DNA from: a virus
Lineage: Duplodnaviria; Caudoviricetes
Virus record (IMG/VR): IMGVR_UViG_3300028591_000017
Span: 1 to 64,000 of that record
DNA: 64,000 nt
Direction: 5' to 3' (one strand)
Below, in pieces: positions 19,601 through 31,900 of the stretch; positions within the stretch are counted from its first letter, which is position 1, and every line of letters begins with the position of its first letter. The notes under the pieces were generated by a model. It ran no database searches and was not told the DNA's origin. It was given only the letters and a program-made list of their open reading frames with translations. Position numbers and translations under genes: made by a program.

Positions 19601-19931
19601 TTATGGCTTTCATTTCCTCGGCAATCGCCATCTCATTACTACCATAAGTCTTGAATCCAAGCTTATCGCTAAGATGCTTAACGGTCTGCTCGGTAATGCT
19701 AGCATTGACACTGCCGTCTGTAAATCCGTGTTCTATGGCGTACTGCTTAACTGCGTCTGCATATTTCTCCACGTCGTTAACATTGTCGATAACTCCTCTA
19801 TCATGCAGTACCGATACGATACCATAAATGTTTTCAGGGGATATTTCTACCCCCTGATCACTTAACATTATTCTATCCCTGTATTGCATTCGCCTTTCAG
19901 GTGATAGCATTATACATTTATCTTTACTCAT
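10620..19931 (-). CDS. Giant virion-associated (putatively ejected) polyvalent protein: ART-PolyVal, LPD23 and two zincin-like domains, plus a crAss cargo-like C-terminus
   Basis: 3103 aa, downstream of the RNAP gene. Motifs KAPNGNPTNL...WFGDW...PLVVYHGS...GFYFS...VFLNIKNP...YIVFEPNQIKS, TGWERGADGKWRHE, HETQHAIQ and HEYTHLW; hydrophobic segment near the C-terminus. Confidence 0.8.
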   Translation of the reverse strand: MSKDKCIMLSPERRMQYRDRIMLSDQGVEISPENIYGIVSVLHDRGVIDNVNDVEKYADAVKQYAIEHGFTDGSVNASITEQTVKHLSDKLGFKTYGSNEMAIAEEMKAIKDRAITDGTFMKAPNGNPTNLTERQWLQVRTKSFKEWFGDWENDPENASKVIDENGEPLVVYHGSREEFTTFSKDTKNRGSLTSIIKKGFYFSNKNIASQYASSKAKDDLFKYMEYEEGGFSFEEIAEAFGFDRYDDNELEKAAAYIHSLEERTADFGNNLYAVFLNIKNPVVVDLNRRYIGALNKAQRDAINNSEGAIIKNVDETTSRYRGEITIPGMYVGTDYIVFEPNQIKSATDNNGEFSATDDNIERFLMGEKGAAALDKAEEATIRIDNLKVAKEMEQAGDDAKTVKIATGWERGADGKWRHETSDDIILKDGYRTHNGEAKLVDIIENNDTYRYISQSPLLSSIVVRFEKDHDGRYDGGYNPDTNIITIYRREFDTFSRISSILNHETQHAIQAVEGFSPGGGLAQANDVKQSNIAEIREANANVREAYRNLKELRDAEIPGYNELERKLNELIAEYDERNSPSQRNISYKKEMDDILMSITDDMPDDDIAKMYDDLADKYKSLGISDVGSETNLEYKGDVYYNELKARIDELRNALDRLQAERMESINEAKREINRTGYIRDNLLADIYKRFSGEVEARNIEARMNMSPEERRNTLAAETEDVAREDQIFLEESLSQAATNGNTEYFKTKNGEVYGYATPDGKIYLDERVIKPEHPIHEYTHLWDRVVRSKNEALWNRGVELMKQTSLWNEYLNHPEYGQRWIADGKSGKELDDLIASEVHARLVGVEGEQWLSRIAAEKGSDNIIDKLKQWILDFWKELGKTLGLWTNEELNALTIDDFVKMTIRDFAEGNITSKDLSGISLDNVVTQYSISEEEAEKLNGIDKLIVDDIVRNRNINSTPTELTRDRFVFYLRSGVPIAGLKPMIDAIHNASPDKDPYEVLADLALKSYQELSEKYKDDIEPIAVEAAKYTSLTVESLSEISVLPDFIVNSGLSKAVIKTIFYLKKLAQNIYKFVVDLISPQRRFNGYGDVVVYSILLGSRDFVSVRNKIRGRFDKRIAKNIKSSLAKDYIELDNKVQQFFKVDATRDGRTVFGDVNGTKVTYDDISSAVRFVVTRDKKLTGSASVFNDCKSILDLIKRFNAIKTINGDIYIDDSDIDSITRFNVIINELGSLFGMSMNDMLKLEATSNGVKININGGLYSLITREDLSQDMYESIVDVRKGINAIMSFRKTESNKVDNIIKALGDRISVSAKTALIGMQKGVNGANIAEDLSAILDIASNIKAMQNELNDELCKLASDFEDDNDAKNSSISTAKYLSRLNSLYNRYAAVMLEMQKDLKDVLSQNKSLFDDGSTANAIFRGVLDQIEGENPSVDVILNSVVGYINGVSVESSMELFKNMRTKVLKTYYSNISDEHNFSEQQRHYLMMYAEYFLDDISKINRHAGAFSQTRNMALQIANNELAEALSVANLEKNRSMRGLNRLGEIAYSEDGTSSSDFVEKDEWGIPTGYFISEYNMGEFEKEIDKAHDIILAIINEKHKTDIGYPIGSVRDITTLQQKKEFANLFSQWKFHGSKVEYKDGKPIGFCGDRVVEIDLSLYKVGENANISDEEALRNAEEHDMTFNEYDDYNFAQLNELRDTERIILSGHKDGSKLTQDEKYELDSIAARRRLLGSIYNIDGTIKTASELEHVKNFNETTDKLRKLRPTGYNEELFKEDFNHEAESILTETINDINKKFVAKPEMAERLIEITKAAFKSGMESLYTDDIVDEDAYKNPLAVYARTALSNLQDWTRARRFRRSTKSFSKALSRVERKDRGFFEMNQGDKARALEITMIRAAIGVKRVDISRIAISPNGSYVSNEINELSKSLDDAYDNMFKAGPTSINSYLEIGKQALNEILESGDNEKLVSVYTRALSMLSAVPSRDIEGDDIDVVAELIRRVVESRDVDAMRELCNGIDDIDLSIERSDNDVVFDDVAVTELKPSIKKLERELIDSIQSLNEKLEVTSGATARIFEKLIEEKEKALKDLKYEVKIPGRESIYRYRSSLSTVSPSKRRVDVSGLEDEDMFEFGYSNEYIIRSNEIGKPSVRGLVPNKNDKRFVNSKFAEMMSKPATKAFYDAMISKKAELDGLNGITNTNESKLKIPIREVDYRELEIGKSISKATNVMSTSDGNLTDGEYMAIKAKEESFRLRSQAGTILRRAVIPMSRRLEDMTQCSVNMLNSMNEYASRTYILNERLKRMDVTESIIGGMRSGEVSASSVKAQDSINPNNPITYSSSAFKKAVDRAIKNGSIKYDDSNVRLAYDDMIDTMVYNTFMYNQKNSRAWINVSKAIRAICRFASACLIKFKALQSLVNILQVGENIGAEQMSKFNVHSNKIKAAKYMALDAQNVIADAHRLAKRSKVGFLYNIFSLTNSDKIYDRRVKYGPLGATTDVVLSTTNDFTNNGFNMIGERLLSDPSVVERMFDFALVEYVDKNGNKISDIMQEADVEELKANNPGNTSIQSLKFKNLKRLPDLIKESPDGFPDIDERYRDIVERNIGRIGTILRAYQAFTKSAISQDEQGKLFTDPSTQSIFIFRTWILPKFYQYWGHGFTNPVYNFRDKQMMQGCLFNQLARLFVFFNPYKNTANEMFNSNTADLKRHIANSEATKGFLFQILLGAVYSAGAAATLLLASMDPDGDDKKPWLQKLAEAGLIKAASEHFDSTTMLGIIPTFNKVSFADIILYAFMMENVEGGKFLLGELGIGPGADIHKSGEFKYARKDKTLLYNNFVPFSDFLISGNDRQSEIHYLVGNGGAAGLFYQAIQDAVVDRNEVDAIRSRLEILYENEVRTGLGKKSKKDKSEKYIIQYEPNIIAQGLLGLHGVTFDKDGNPSVDTDKYFKDGKLTLVGKSVVASELYKKTTGVGKINSYYGDVDIPELKGRNKYRKEDSNYMKVKLQRMATEILRTSMRPFDTRSVISMDDLVLDGLKYSEEMELKKLKETYKDYPQALEYLIKEGDRRVAKKLKRLINYDYKTGDKALDLLEIDINSDQFEEIRKFISDNGY

Positions 19932-19962
19932 ATTTATAATATTGAATATGCATTACAAGCAT

Positions 19963-22900
19963 TTATTTTAAGCATCTATTTATAGCTTCCTTAACCTCAT
20001 TTACGGGATCAACGCTTCCGTTTATTCCGCCTTGTGTGTCTTTGGATGTGTCAATATCAACATATGTGCTATTGTTGGATCCAGCGGTCTTAAGTTTACC
20101 GTTAAGCGTATCCTTTATTTTATCCATACCGGCATACATAATCTTCTTGATGTCATCAGGAATATCCTTATTCTTTGCTATACTACCCTTTCTGTCATTA
20201 AGAATCTGTATTGTAAGACTTGCCATCTTTGAATCAATAGTGTCATACGAGCTCTTTATATTTTTATCGATAATGTTGGTATTTATGTCAACGTATTTCT
20301 TGAACATGACAGCCGCACTATCGTTAAGCTTACATTCTTCGTACAAATACTCCATCGAATCACAATAGTCTCGAACAATTACGTTAGTGAATATCGAGGT
20401 TAGATCTTGTATTGCACTATTAGACTGTATGATGTCATTCTCACCCTGTACGTAACTAACCTCCATCTTACTTGTGTCGAACATAACACTCATATCAAAC
20501 AGACTCTCGTCCTCTAAGTATCCGCTAGCCATAGATGTTGATGTCATGAATCTTCCTCCATCCTTGTCGGCAATCTTCCCTATTATGGCGTCTATATTGG
20601 ATGTGTCAACACCATCTTTCTTCATCGAATCTCGCTTTGCAACAAGGGTTTTTATAACGCTATCAATATATGCTAATGCCCTTGGAGTTGATTTATCATC
20701 ATCTGCGTTGCCTCCATTTTGGATTAAATCTTCGTATTCAGAAGGTATGTCGTATATTCCAGTGACATTTGTATTACCAACCATCTCTGAGAACATTGGA
20801 GCTTCTACAAATATGTGCATATTATTTGTTATCTTGCCACCGACCATAGAACTCTTCCCGTCGCTACCTGAAGAAACTTTAGGTATGCTTACTGTTATAG
20901 GATGCATCTTGTCTTTTATCACGCCAGAATCTGCGACTCTAATGTAAATCTTAGATCGCCTTCCAACCTTAATACGTACAAATGCTTTATTGCCAAGATC
21001 GCTATTTGATGATACGAATGCAACAGGAAGGTTGTTTGATAAGGCTGCGACTCTCTTCTTGTTACCACTACCGGAGCTATCCTTGACCTTCATTGTGTAT
21101 ATATCAGGAATCTCAAATTCATCAAACCTACCCTTTGTATCAAACGAATAATCTTGTATGATTCCGTTTACGTGTCCATACGAAAGTGCTATTTCATACT
21201 CATTACTATATGTAGCAAACGAATTTGAGTTTACAACACTTGTTTGCTTGTCGCTCAGGCTAACACTCTTATCTCCTCTTATTCCATCAAGCATTTCACA
21301 GCAATATGGCATAAGCATCTGGAATACATTGCCTCTTCCCTTGATTAATCCACCAGTAAATAAGCTTGATACAACTAGCTTTTCAACCAACTCCTTGGTA
21401 TTTATACTATTGCCGTCTACATTTACTGTTGCATTATCATAATACAGTCTAGACAAAACCATTTTGACTCTATCGATATAATCGTCATTGTCGCTTCCAA
21501 ATACAGCATTTTTGGTTACGTGCGATATCGGGCCCTTGCTTGTATTTACAACACTACCAACGAGTATATTCATAGCATCAATTGTACTCTCATCGAATAC
21601 ATCATTATATATTGGTATACTCTTAGATGATATTGCATTCTTAAACGAATTCCACATTACTCCAGCAGATTTGCTAATATCACCACCATCACCAAACAAA
21701 GCGTTATTTATAGTTGTCCTGTCTATTTCAAGCGCGTCTATAAGTGATTGCGTCTCTATAGCTGATATAAGCGCAGAAGATACTCTCTTATTTGTATTGA
21801 ATTTATTTCCTGTATCCTCAATTATGCTAGAGTATAATGATATTGAATTGCTAGCTGTAGATGCCGAAAGGTTGCCAAACATAGACCTAAGTAAACCGTC
21901 TATGCTCACTATCTTATTTAAGAAGTGTGTCTTTGAATACATATCTGTAGCATTGTCAATATATTTCTTATCAGCAGCCGTATTAACAACACCGCTTATT
22001 GAGTTAAGATACTTATCAAAACCATATATGTTTATACCGGTCTTGCCCTGCTCAACCTGACATGTTGCAACAATAGTGTCAAGTTGCTTACCAACCTTAT
22101 TCACGGCGTTCATTTGCGCCAAAAGAATCAGCTGATATACAGCTGCAGTTTCTTTCGCACTCTTCTCTCCTTCACCAAACTTAGACATGTCTGACATAGC
22201 CTTAAGCCTGTCTATCTGGTCATTATGGAACTCAAATTTCTTCTTTTCATTCTCCCCTTCGCCAATTATAACAGTCTTATATCTAGGATTGTCATTTCCT
22301 AGCAGTATATTGGCGACTCTCTTACCTTCATCAGTTGAGAATGAGTAATTTGGATTTATAGAGAAATCCGAGTTAAACATATAGTCCTGACTGAAGTCGA
22401 AGTTCTCACCTGGGGATACAACCTTATAAGATCCATTTATAGCATCTATACCAAACTCACGAACCTTTCTACCGACATACTCTCTAATAATCTCATTCTT
22501 ACGGCTAGATGCCCTAGCTTTATAGTTTTCATATGAACATGACTCAGACATTGATTCAGCAGCGGACAATACTCTAACAGACTCCTGTGATAGCAAGAAT
22601 AATGTTTGCTGTCCAAATCCAGCCCTAAGTAGCAATGTTGCCATTGACCACGTTGTTCTGTTTACGTTAAAGTCAAGAATGTATGGGTCCTTTACAGCAT
22701 CAACGTGTGCATTTATGAAGTATGACAACCAGTCTGTTATAAATATGCCATCTCTAGATTTTATGCCGCTCAATGAGGTTGCACCACCAAGGATATCAGA
22801 ACCCAATTGACTTAACCTAAGATTAGCCTGTTGTGCATATACATGGTTAACTGATGCCAATGCAAACGGAGCTATACCATCTGTTGCTCCTGCATTCTCC

Positions 22901-25900
22901 ATCTTCTTGTTTATTTGATAGATCAATGAGTTGCTATATAGAGATATATCTCCATTCTCAGTTTTAGTAACCTTACCGCTATTTGTTGTATTTAATCTCT
23001 TTATAAGGCCGGTGTCCTCATCCTTGAACATATTACTTCCTGAGTCAATTGTAGTATGTGTTTCTGCAAATTGACTAGGAGATGTAAGTATCTTAAGGTA
23101 GTCATCTATAAGACCAGATGCTAATGCCATAGATCTCAGCTCCATCATCTTATCGCCAATCTTCCTTGCACTATCACCAGTAGCACCAGTATTCCGATTG
23201 GCCATCTTATATTCAAGCTCATATTCATCGATACCAAGAACCTTATTATTGTATGTAACATACGCCTTTGCAGCTACATAAAGTTTATCGATATCGAAGT
23301 CAGATCCCGTGATATTTACATATCCATCCGGCAGTACAACCACATCACCACACTCAGCTCCTACAATATCAACAACTCTTAATGCCAATGTAGATGCCTT
23401 AGACTGCGTTGGTACACGATATCCAACCCCAAACGGATTAGCGTTCTCTCCTATTATGTTGTTTTCGGTCAAGAATATTCTAGCCTCATTTATAGAGTAT
23501 TCATTCTTGTTGCCAGTGTCAGGGATACCGTGGTCTTTTCTAAACTTAGACCAATCAACTCCGCTAAGTATACTTGAGAATGCATTCACAGATATAATGC
23601 AGTCCATTGAATTCTTATTGTTGTTGAGCTTCAGCCTCTGCCTACCGCCAGTACCATTTAGCCCTCTGAAAATAGTTTGAGGTACCTGAATGAATGCGCC
23701 TCCTCTAGACTGTATAGATTGAACTCTATCTCTTACGATAGCCATAATCTTAGACTGAATGAGTGAGCTTGACATTATCAAACTCATAGGCACCGCATCT
23801 CTGTCACCTATCTTTCTTGCAGCTGAAAATACGTCTGTTCCTAGCTTATTAAGCTCAGCAGCAGACCCTATTATATCCTTAAGCTTATCTACAGCTATGT
23901 ATTCATTCACGCCATCGGTTATGATCATATCTGTATACAGTCTTATTTTCTCAATAAGCTGCAAGTTATTCATCTTATCTCTAATAGATGCACAGATATC
24001 ATCACCCATAACAACGGAACCGTCAGAAAGCGTAACCTCTTGTCCAGTTAAGTTACCCTGAAGTATTGCCATCAACTGAGTACCAAGCTTTCTTTCGTCA
24101 TCCTCATGTGGATTTGTATCAAGCTGCCTTCTAAGCATCTGGAAATGCATCTTAACAGGTTTAATTACCTTTGTATCAAGACCACTAACAGCGCCTATTT
24201 TACCGTTACTATATCTAAACATTTCATCTACATGAGAAGAGCCTACCTTTTCTATTTCAGCATCACCAATTAAGTCAGCTCCAGTCTTCTCCGCTATCTT
24301 AAGCATCTTTCGTCCAATAGATCCTTCACCACACATGCCAGGGAGTAACGGGAATACCGCCATTTTAAGCACTCTAGCATTAGTTTGCTCAGAACCTTTA
24401 TTTGTTACAACTCCGTCGTCAGACTTAGTCTTATCTCCATTAACTGTAGATGATACGTATACAAGCTTCATTGGGCTCAGTATACACCTCTGGTGTATTG
24501 CAACTAATTCAGGCCTACTCAGCTCCTCACCTTTGCTTAACTTCTCAAAGTATTCCTCTATGTCGCTAAGTCTATATCTACCTTCTTTTATCAGATACTT
24601 CTTATACGCTTCGAGTGTTATAAAGCAAGCTCCATCTGATGATGCTATCTCATTCTTATCTCCTGCTTCACCACCGAGCTTATTTATTCTTATTTCAACA
24701 AACAAGTCAATAGCAGCTTCGTAGTCTTCGTCAGAATCATACATACCCCTATCCAATACCTGCATAGCGAGGTCTCTAAACGCATCTCTCATACTTGTTG
24801 GCTCTTTAGAGTTGCCATTGTAAATGACATTTCCTTCCATATCCTCGGCAACCCCAACGTCTTTCATTGACACATAATTGAAGTATGTCTCGCCAAGTAT
24901 GTCTTCATCTGTATTAGAGCTTGTGTTAATCGGTTTATCGTTTTCAGCAACAAGTGGCTCAGATCCAGTAGACATAGCAGACTGATATCTTTTCGTTTGG
25001 TCGACATCATCCTTAAAGATGGTTGGCTCAAATCCATAGAAGTTCTCGAAGTCTGTCAATGAGATCATACTTAATGTCTCCAGTGCCATCATGTAGCCAA
25101 GCGTGTTATTGTAATCACTGCCTGCTATATTTGGATAGAATAGATCACCGTCGAGCGCTGGTAATGTAAACATTGAGTTGCCATCTGCATCAAACATCAT
25201 ATTATCCCTCATTGTGTCTATGGTATTCTTGGCCATAGCTTTCACCATACCGCAGACTAATGGGATGTAATTCTTCTTATCGCAAACGTAATTTACAATA
25301 CTCTGTGCTATATCAACACCATCATGGCCTTCAATAACATCATTTATCTTGTTGCAAGCAACATTCAATAGGCTTGCCACTCTATCAAACTCGCTACTTT
25401 CTTTGTCTAAAGAATCTGCATAATACAATAAATCAACAAATGATAAAACATCCTCTATCTTAGTGAGTGCGCTATTAAGATTTCCTTTGCTATCTGAAAG
25501 TATTTTTTCTATTATAGAGTTTGTGTTAAGGCTATATGTTACATTCTTGCCATTAACATTAAGGTCGAATACGATTGACCCAAATCTAGGTAGTGTAACA
25601 CCCTTTCCGACCTCAAACGACTTATCGCTTATCTTTTTAAAGTGCTTATTCTTTACGAATATACTCTTATCGCCGTAACTGTTGTATTTTGAGATGGTTT
25701 CTTCAGTGCTTGAACCAGCAATGAGCCTTAAGTCGGCAATTGTATCAAGAGCCTTTCTAACCTCTATTCTAGCTCTTCTATCTAATTCAGAATATGCTAA
25801 CTTCGTTGGACGTATTCCGCCGGTTTTCGTAATATATCCATTTTTATCAAACAAGCTAGCCATCCTTGATTCAGAGTATATAGCTTCACCGAATCCGTTA

Positions 25901-28900
25901 TTAGCCATCGTTGGTAATACAATGAATCCGTTTAACAGCAGTGCTGCTCTTTCGAACATATAGTCTGCGAAGTTTCTGTTTTTGTAATCAGTTGGCTTTC
26001 CGGCTGTATTGCGTCTAACATCAGACAGAGTATTTATTTGAACGATTTTCGAATCATCTATATACTTATAGATATCATTATATATGGAATCATCGACAGA
26101 ACATCTCTTAACTGTATTGTTCTTATCTATGCTGTATACTCCAGAACCACCTCTAGCTAACCTAATCTTCCTCAACCAAGACTCTATGTAGTTACTTTGC
26201 TTATTGAGGCTTATTATTTCACCCTTGGAGTTAGTTGCCGTTGAATCCTCTATAACACGTCTTTCGCTTGTATAAGCCCTAATGAAGTCGTGTATAGCCT
26301 TATATTCCTTAACAACCTCCCTATCGTATGCAAACGCATTTGATGTAAATGTGTATTCGTAATCAGGGTTGTTTTCGGACTCAATCTTATCCCTTTTAAT
26401 AGAGAATACAACGTACCTCTTTATTTCATCTATAGGAATCCTTATTCCAGATGCCTCTATACGGTCTGCTTCATCCAGCGTTATAGTAAATCCAAGCTTG
26501 TTGAGGATTTCCTTCATTGATCTATCGGACTTAAACAAGCCGTCTAAACCATCTTCAACTCTTTTAACTATATCATCGTCAGATGGGTTGTACATACCAA
26601 GATTCAGTGCGCCAATAATGTTGTTTCCTATCACCCTAGATACACCAAAAAACTCTGAAGTTGCCGCAGTATTATCAGACCTACCTTTTATTATACCATA
26701 ACCAGACTCTCCGTCTCGCATTACTATTTTAACAGTATCAAGGATATCCCTGTTTAGATAACTGAATAATGATGCTATATCCTTTGATGTAAATCTGTAT
26801 CCAGCAGAGAATTCGTAATATGTGCCATTCTTTTCGATGTACTCATCATATATCGTTGAAAGTGTGGTGTCGCTTCTAACCAATTCTGACTGCGCTAGCA
26901 TTGCGTCAAAAGACAGTAATACTCCAGATTTGCTGTAATACGCAGCATTGTGTATATTGCTTACAAACTCACGAAGCGTTGATGCACCAGCTGCAGCTTC
27001 CTGCAACTTCTGGTATACATCTTTCATGTCGTAATATGCATTGAATCCAGTGTCACTATCCTTTATATTTACAATGGAGTTTCCTATCATCATTGACTTT
27101 GGAACGATCGACGTAAGCAATCCAACGCGTTTCGACATGGTTTCAAGAGGTCCAAATGCAGTCTCCTTGTATTGTATTACGTCCTGAAGTCCATCTGCAT
27201 ACTCACCGTCGCTACTTTGGTCAAACTTAACAAGAGAGTTTAAGTTTCTTATTGTATCGATAACGACATTAGATATAACACCAGAGTCTCTTGTATCATC
27301 AGCATTTAAGTTATCGTATATATCTCTAAGCGTCTCATATTGCTTTATAAGCATTGGGTCTGCATTCTTTGGATCCTCTGATATCTTTAAGTGTAGACTA
27401 CGGATTGCATTACCAACCTGAGTCTTAAAGAATACAGTATTTATCACAATGTTATCAACACCGGTCTTCTCTAATATAAGGCTAGCCATATTGTAATATA
27501 CACTTGAGATGACCTTAGATAACTCACCTTTTGTCTTAACGTGCCTGAATAGAGATGCGATGTCGTTATTTATTGTATTGTCCCTTGCTGATGATATAGC
27601 ATTCCTTATAAAATATGTTGTATCCATAACATACTTAGAGTCAGCTCTATCATTATTCTTACCTACACCTATACCTCCTACTATAGACTTGTTTCTGAAT
27701 CCAACAATACCAAGGAGTGTCTTATTTTCAAACGAATCATTTAACTCCCTTAATGCATCATTATATCCGCTGAATCCATCTTTATTGATTAAGAAGCTAC
27801 AAGCTTTATCTATCTCAGTAAGAATGTCGTTAAATTCATTTTTAAACGACTCTGACTTAGATATAGCGCCCTTTATAAGATTGAATGCTTCTCTAACGAC
27901 GTTATTTGAGTATATACTACTAATCTCCTCTCCAGTAAGAATACCACTCAGTGCGTTTGATATATCTAACAACTGTTTTGCGTATTCATCATCATTGTAT
28001 CCATTGCCTGAGGTTGACCTTAATCTGTTTGATATATTAGCATCTATCAACGAGAGGAGCACTCTAAAGTCATTTAAGTCCTCATTATAGAACAGGGCAC
28101 CACTACCAAGCTTCCTAAATCTTTCGATAGCACCAATCGCAGACCTTGCAACATTAGCTATATCACTAGATACGCTATAGATGTCCTTATCGCGGTTTAT
28201 ACACTTACCTGTAGATACAATAGATGCAACAAGTATAGCGGAGTTTGCTGTTGATTTTACGGACTTAAATTCACCCTTGTAAGCACTACTAAGTGAACCG
28301 TAGATTGCCTTAACAGGGTTGCTCATATTGAGCTTATTGCCATCAATATCAAGCATGTTGGCTCTGTTTTTAATAACGATACCATCTGCAGCGCCAATGT
28401 TATTAGACGACTTGGATATCATGTCGCTAATGTCTCCAAATACAATTCTCTTAACACGCTTAGTAGATATATCTGACAGTCCAATGAATTCAAGGAGATC
28501 TCCAATGAGAGATAGTGCAAGATCAAGCAGTTTTGCGATAGGCTTAGGGAAGCCTTTCTCCTTCAGCTTTTCTACCCTAGACCATCTAACGAAGTCTTTA
28601 AGGGATCCACTATTACCCATCTCGGCAATAAACTCCTCAAAATCTGTGACTATAGCTTTCATAACTATAGACCTATCTGTTGCACCTGCGCTAAGGTATT
28701 GTTGATATCTTTCGTATAGCTTCTTAGATCTTCTAGAGTAATTTCCAGTTACCAACCCAGCGAGTGCGGCGTGTATCATCTCATGCATTACAGTCTCAGA
28801 GAATGCACCTCTATCGTCAATGGTATTTGTATTAACGTATATGGATACAACCCTCTTATTGTTTTCTGTGCGTATTATTGTCCTTCCTGCCGAGCCTAAG

Positions 28901-31900
28901 TTACTAGAAAAGCGTATCTTGGTAACACCGTTCTCAATTGCTCTAGCCACAACCTTGCGCATCACTGACGCAATAATAGGGTCAGAAACCATCTGTATGG
29001 CATCTGCTATATCTACATAGATGCCATCTTTGTCCATCTTAATTATGGATGCCTGAACTGGCCTGTTTGACACCTTGATGTACGACTGTCTTTCAAACAG
29101 GTTAAGATTATTATCATCAAGCTTCTCCGCATCTAATACTTTAGCAATATTCTTCTGCTCATCGCCTAAAACAACACTATTAACATCAGGTTTGGCTTCA
29201 GATTGTGCAACCGCCTCATGTGCAACAGTATTTGCAGCAGACTTGGTTGGGTTAAATGTTCCCTTGAAACTCTCGATTGTATTACCAAATACATCCTTCT
29301 TGCTGTAATCCAATCCTATTTCATTGGTCTCATTGACATCAAATGATGCTATACTGTTATTCGGAACTACATATCCATTGTCACCAAGCGTAACCTTGAT
29401 TCCAAGTACATGCATTACATTTACATTTATACCGGCCTGTTTGCACCCGATCCTATACATATTCATCTGGTTGCAATACTTGCCATTCGGTTTACCATCT
29501 TCTCCAACTAAGCAGGCGTTCTCTAGGTTTTTTATATTTCCACCAGCATCGCAAAGCTTAAAGTCATAGATGTCAACAGATCCATTGCTTCTTAAAACAA
29601 CCATATCTGTCTCACCTCTGAATATAACATCATCGGTGCCATTCATTTCGCCGCTATTGATGGTTATGCTTCCCTGGTCCGCCTTAAAGGCAACGCACTG
29701 TCCATCGAATACTGAATTAGTATTAGCGTCGCCCTTTGTTATTATCTTATCACCACTCTTGATATTCAGATTTTTGTATACTTCGATTGACTGCGATATA
29801 ATAGCTTCGATATCATCGGCGATATCATCCCAATTGTTTTTACGCTGAATAACAATATACTTGATAAACTCGTTAACGATTTCCTGTCTATTGCTATCAG
29901 CAATTTCACTCAACGTCTTCTTTGTTACATTAGAGCTGGCAATATCCATAACCTCCATCATAAGCTCCCTGTCAGACTCAGGGACACCAACCAGCGAGTC
30001 TTCTTTTATGCTTTCAATGATCTTTGATTTGAAAGCATCAGACTTCAGAAGCTCCTTGATATCATCTTTGTTATAGTTGTTTATATCAACTTCTATACCA
30101 AATAATGTGGTCTTTTCGTCCCTAATGTTATCAAAGAATGCTCTTAGTATTGCGTCAAATATCGTTCCAACCGCTCTTTCGTCCTTAGTTGAAACGCCCT
30201 TGAACGTTGATACCGCCTCTCCGGCTATAACGCTAGTTATTCCATATACATTCTTCCTGTTCTTGCCTATACCAGCATTAGCGGCATTCATTTCAGACAA
30301 CGATCTGTTAGACTTACTTTGATCACTTGGTAACTCCTCGTTGGCAGGAACTTCCTCATCAAGAGGAACAAATGAAACTTCGTTACCAAGCCTTCTAAAC
30401 ATACTACCCTCTGTTATAGCAACACCACGTACATAAATATAGGTTCCTTCTGTATCAAGCTTGCCATTTGTAAAGGATGCTCCACATTCGAACATTCCTT
30501 TATCCTGCATAAATTCAGCTATGTTCATACCACTGGTTACCTCATCTTCGATGATACCTGGTAGCATAGCGTTAACAAAATCCTTTGTGAACTCCAACTC
30601 GCCGTCAGATATTCTGTTAGCGAAGTTTGTTGTCCTGAGGTTAAATGATAGCATTCCCAGATATTCTGTAAAGCTATTTACGGTAGCCTCATCGTCATTC
30701 TTTAGAAGCTCTAAATCAAAACCGATATCTTCTCTCTCCTTTGTCTTATCGTTTATATACGATATGTATACAGATGGCCTGTCGCCATTCTTTCTAAACG
30801 AAATTGATGCATTGTATGTACCATCCTCTACATCAATCAGCAGGAATCTCTTCAGGTATTCTATAAACCTAGCGTTTACATCTCCACTCTCAGTGTAAAG
30901 GTTGCTTAATACAAAGTCTGCAAATCTTCTAGCATTTATGTTAGATTTACCAACTGAGCTTACGATGTTTACGCCTCTAAATGCAATGTTTCTTTCATTG
31001 CCATATCCGTCGTTTACTCTTACAATAAACTCAGCCTGTGATATTTTGTTGGATTGGATTGCTATATTTGCCGTTCCATTACATGGGGTCAGTATTGAAG
31101 AACCACTTCCATCTCTGTATGATGATACATAGTATACATTATCACTACCCATCTTGCAGTGATCCTTATGTATAGCGCTATTCTTTACGTTAGAAGCAAG
31201 CTTTTTATCTGCGTTTTTTATTGGGTGTGATACCACCACTAACCCTGGTCGTATATTATTGAGGTTATCGATATTGCCATCTATCTTTGCAAGAATGCCA
31301 TTCACGAGTGATAATCTTGCATCCAGCAAGTTTCGTATCTCGTTTATATTTTTCTCCTTTGTTTTAAGAAATGCTCCAGCATTCTTAGATACAGATCTTC
31401 CATACAAATAACCTATCGTTGTATCAGTGCCGCTTCCGGCATCTCTTATTGCAATTTGGAATTCGATAGTGTTGATGATATCCATCATCTGCTGCAATGT
31501 ATTAGCATCGACTCCACCTGCAACGCTATTGTTGATGAGATCTTCGCTAAGCTTCTTTAGCTTCTCAGCATAACTACTTAATATTTCTACTGCGTTATTC
31601 TCGTTAAGCTGTTCACCTATTTCATCAAATATCTTGTAAACTAACTTAGCCTTGGTTGCGGCCTGATTTTTGCCTTCAAATGCGCTAAGGAATGTATCTT
31701 TCTCTCCCTTGCCGGTTTCTATGTAATATACAAAATCAGCCAAGAAGTTCTCCGCACTCTCTTTAACACCTTGTGCGCTACTTCTTGTAGCGTTTTCATA
31801 TTCATCTAATGCCTGCTGTGGTGCTAAGTCCTTACCAAAGATAATCAAGCATGAAGTAAAGGCTTCTTTGACACCCTTAGATACGCCATTTTTATCTAAG

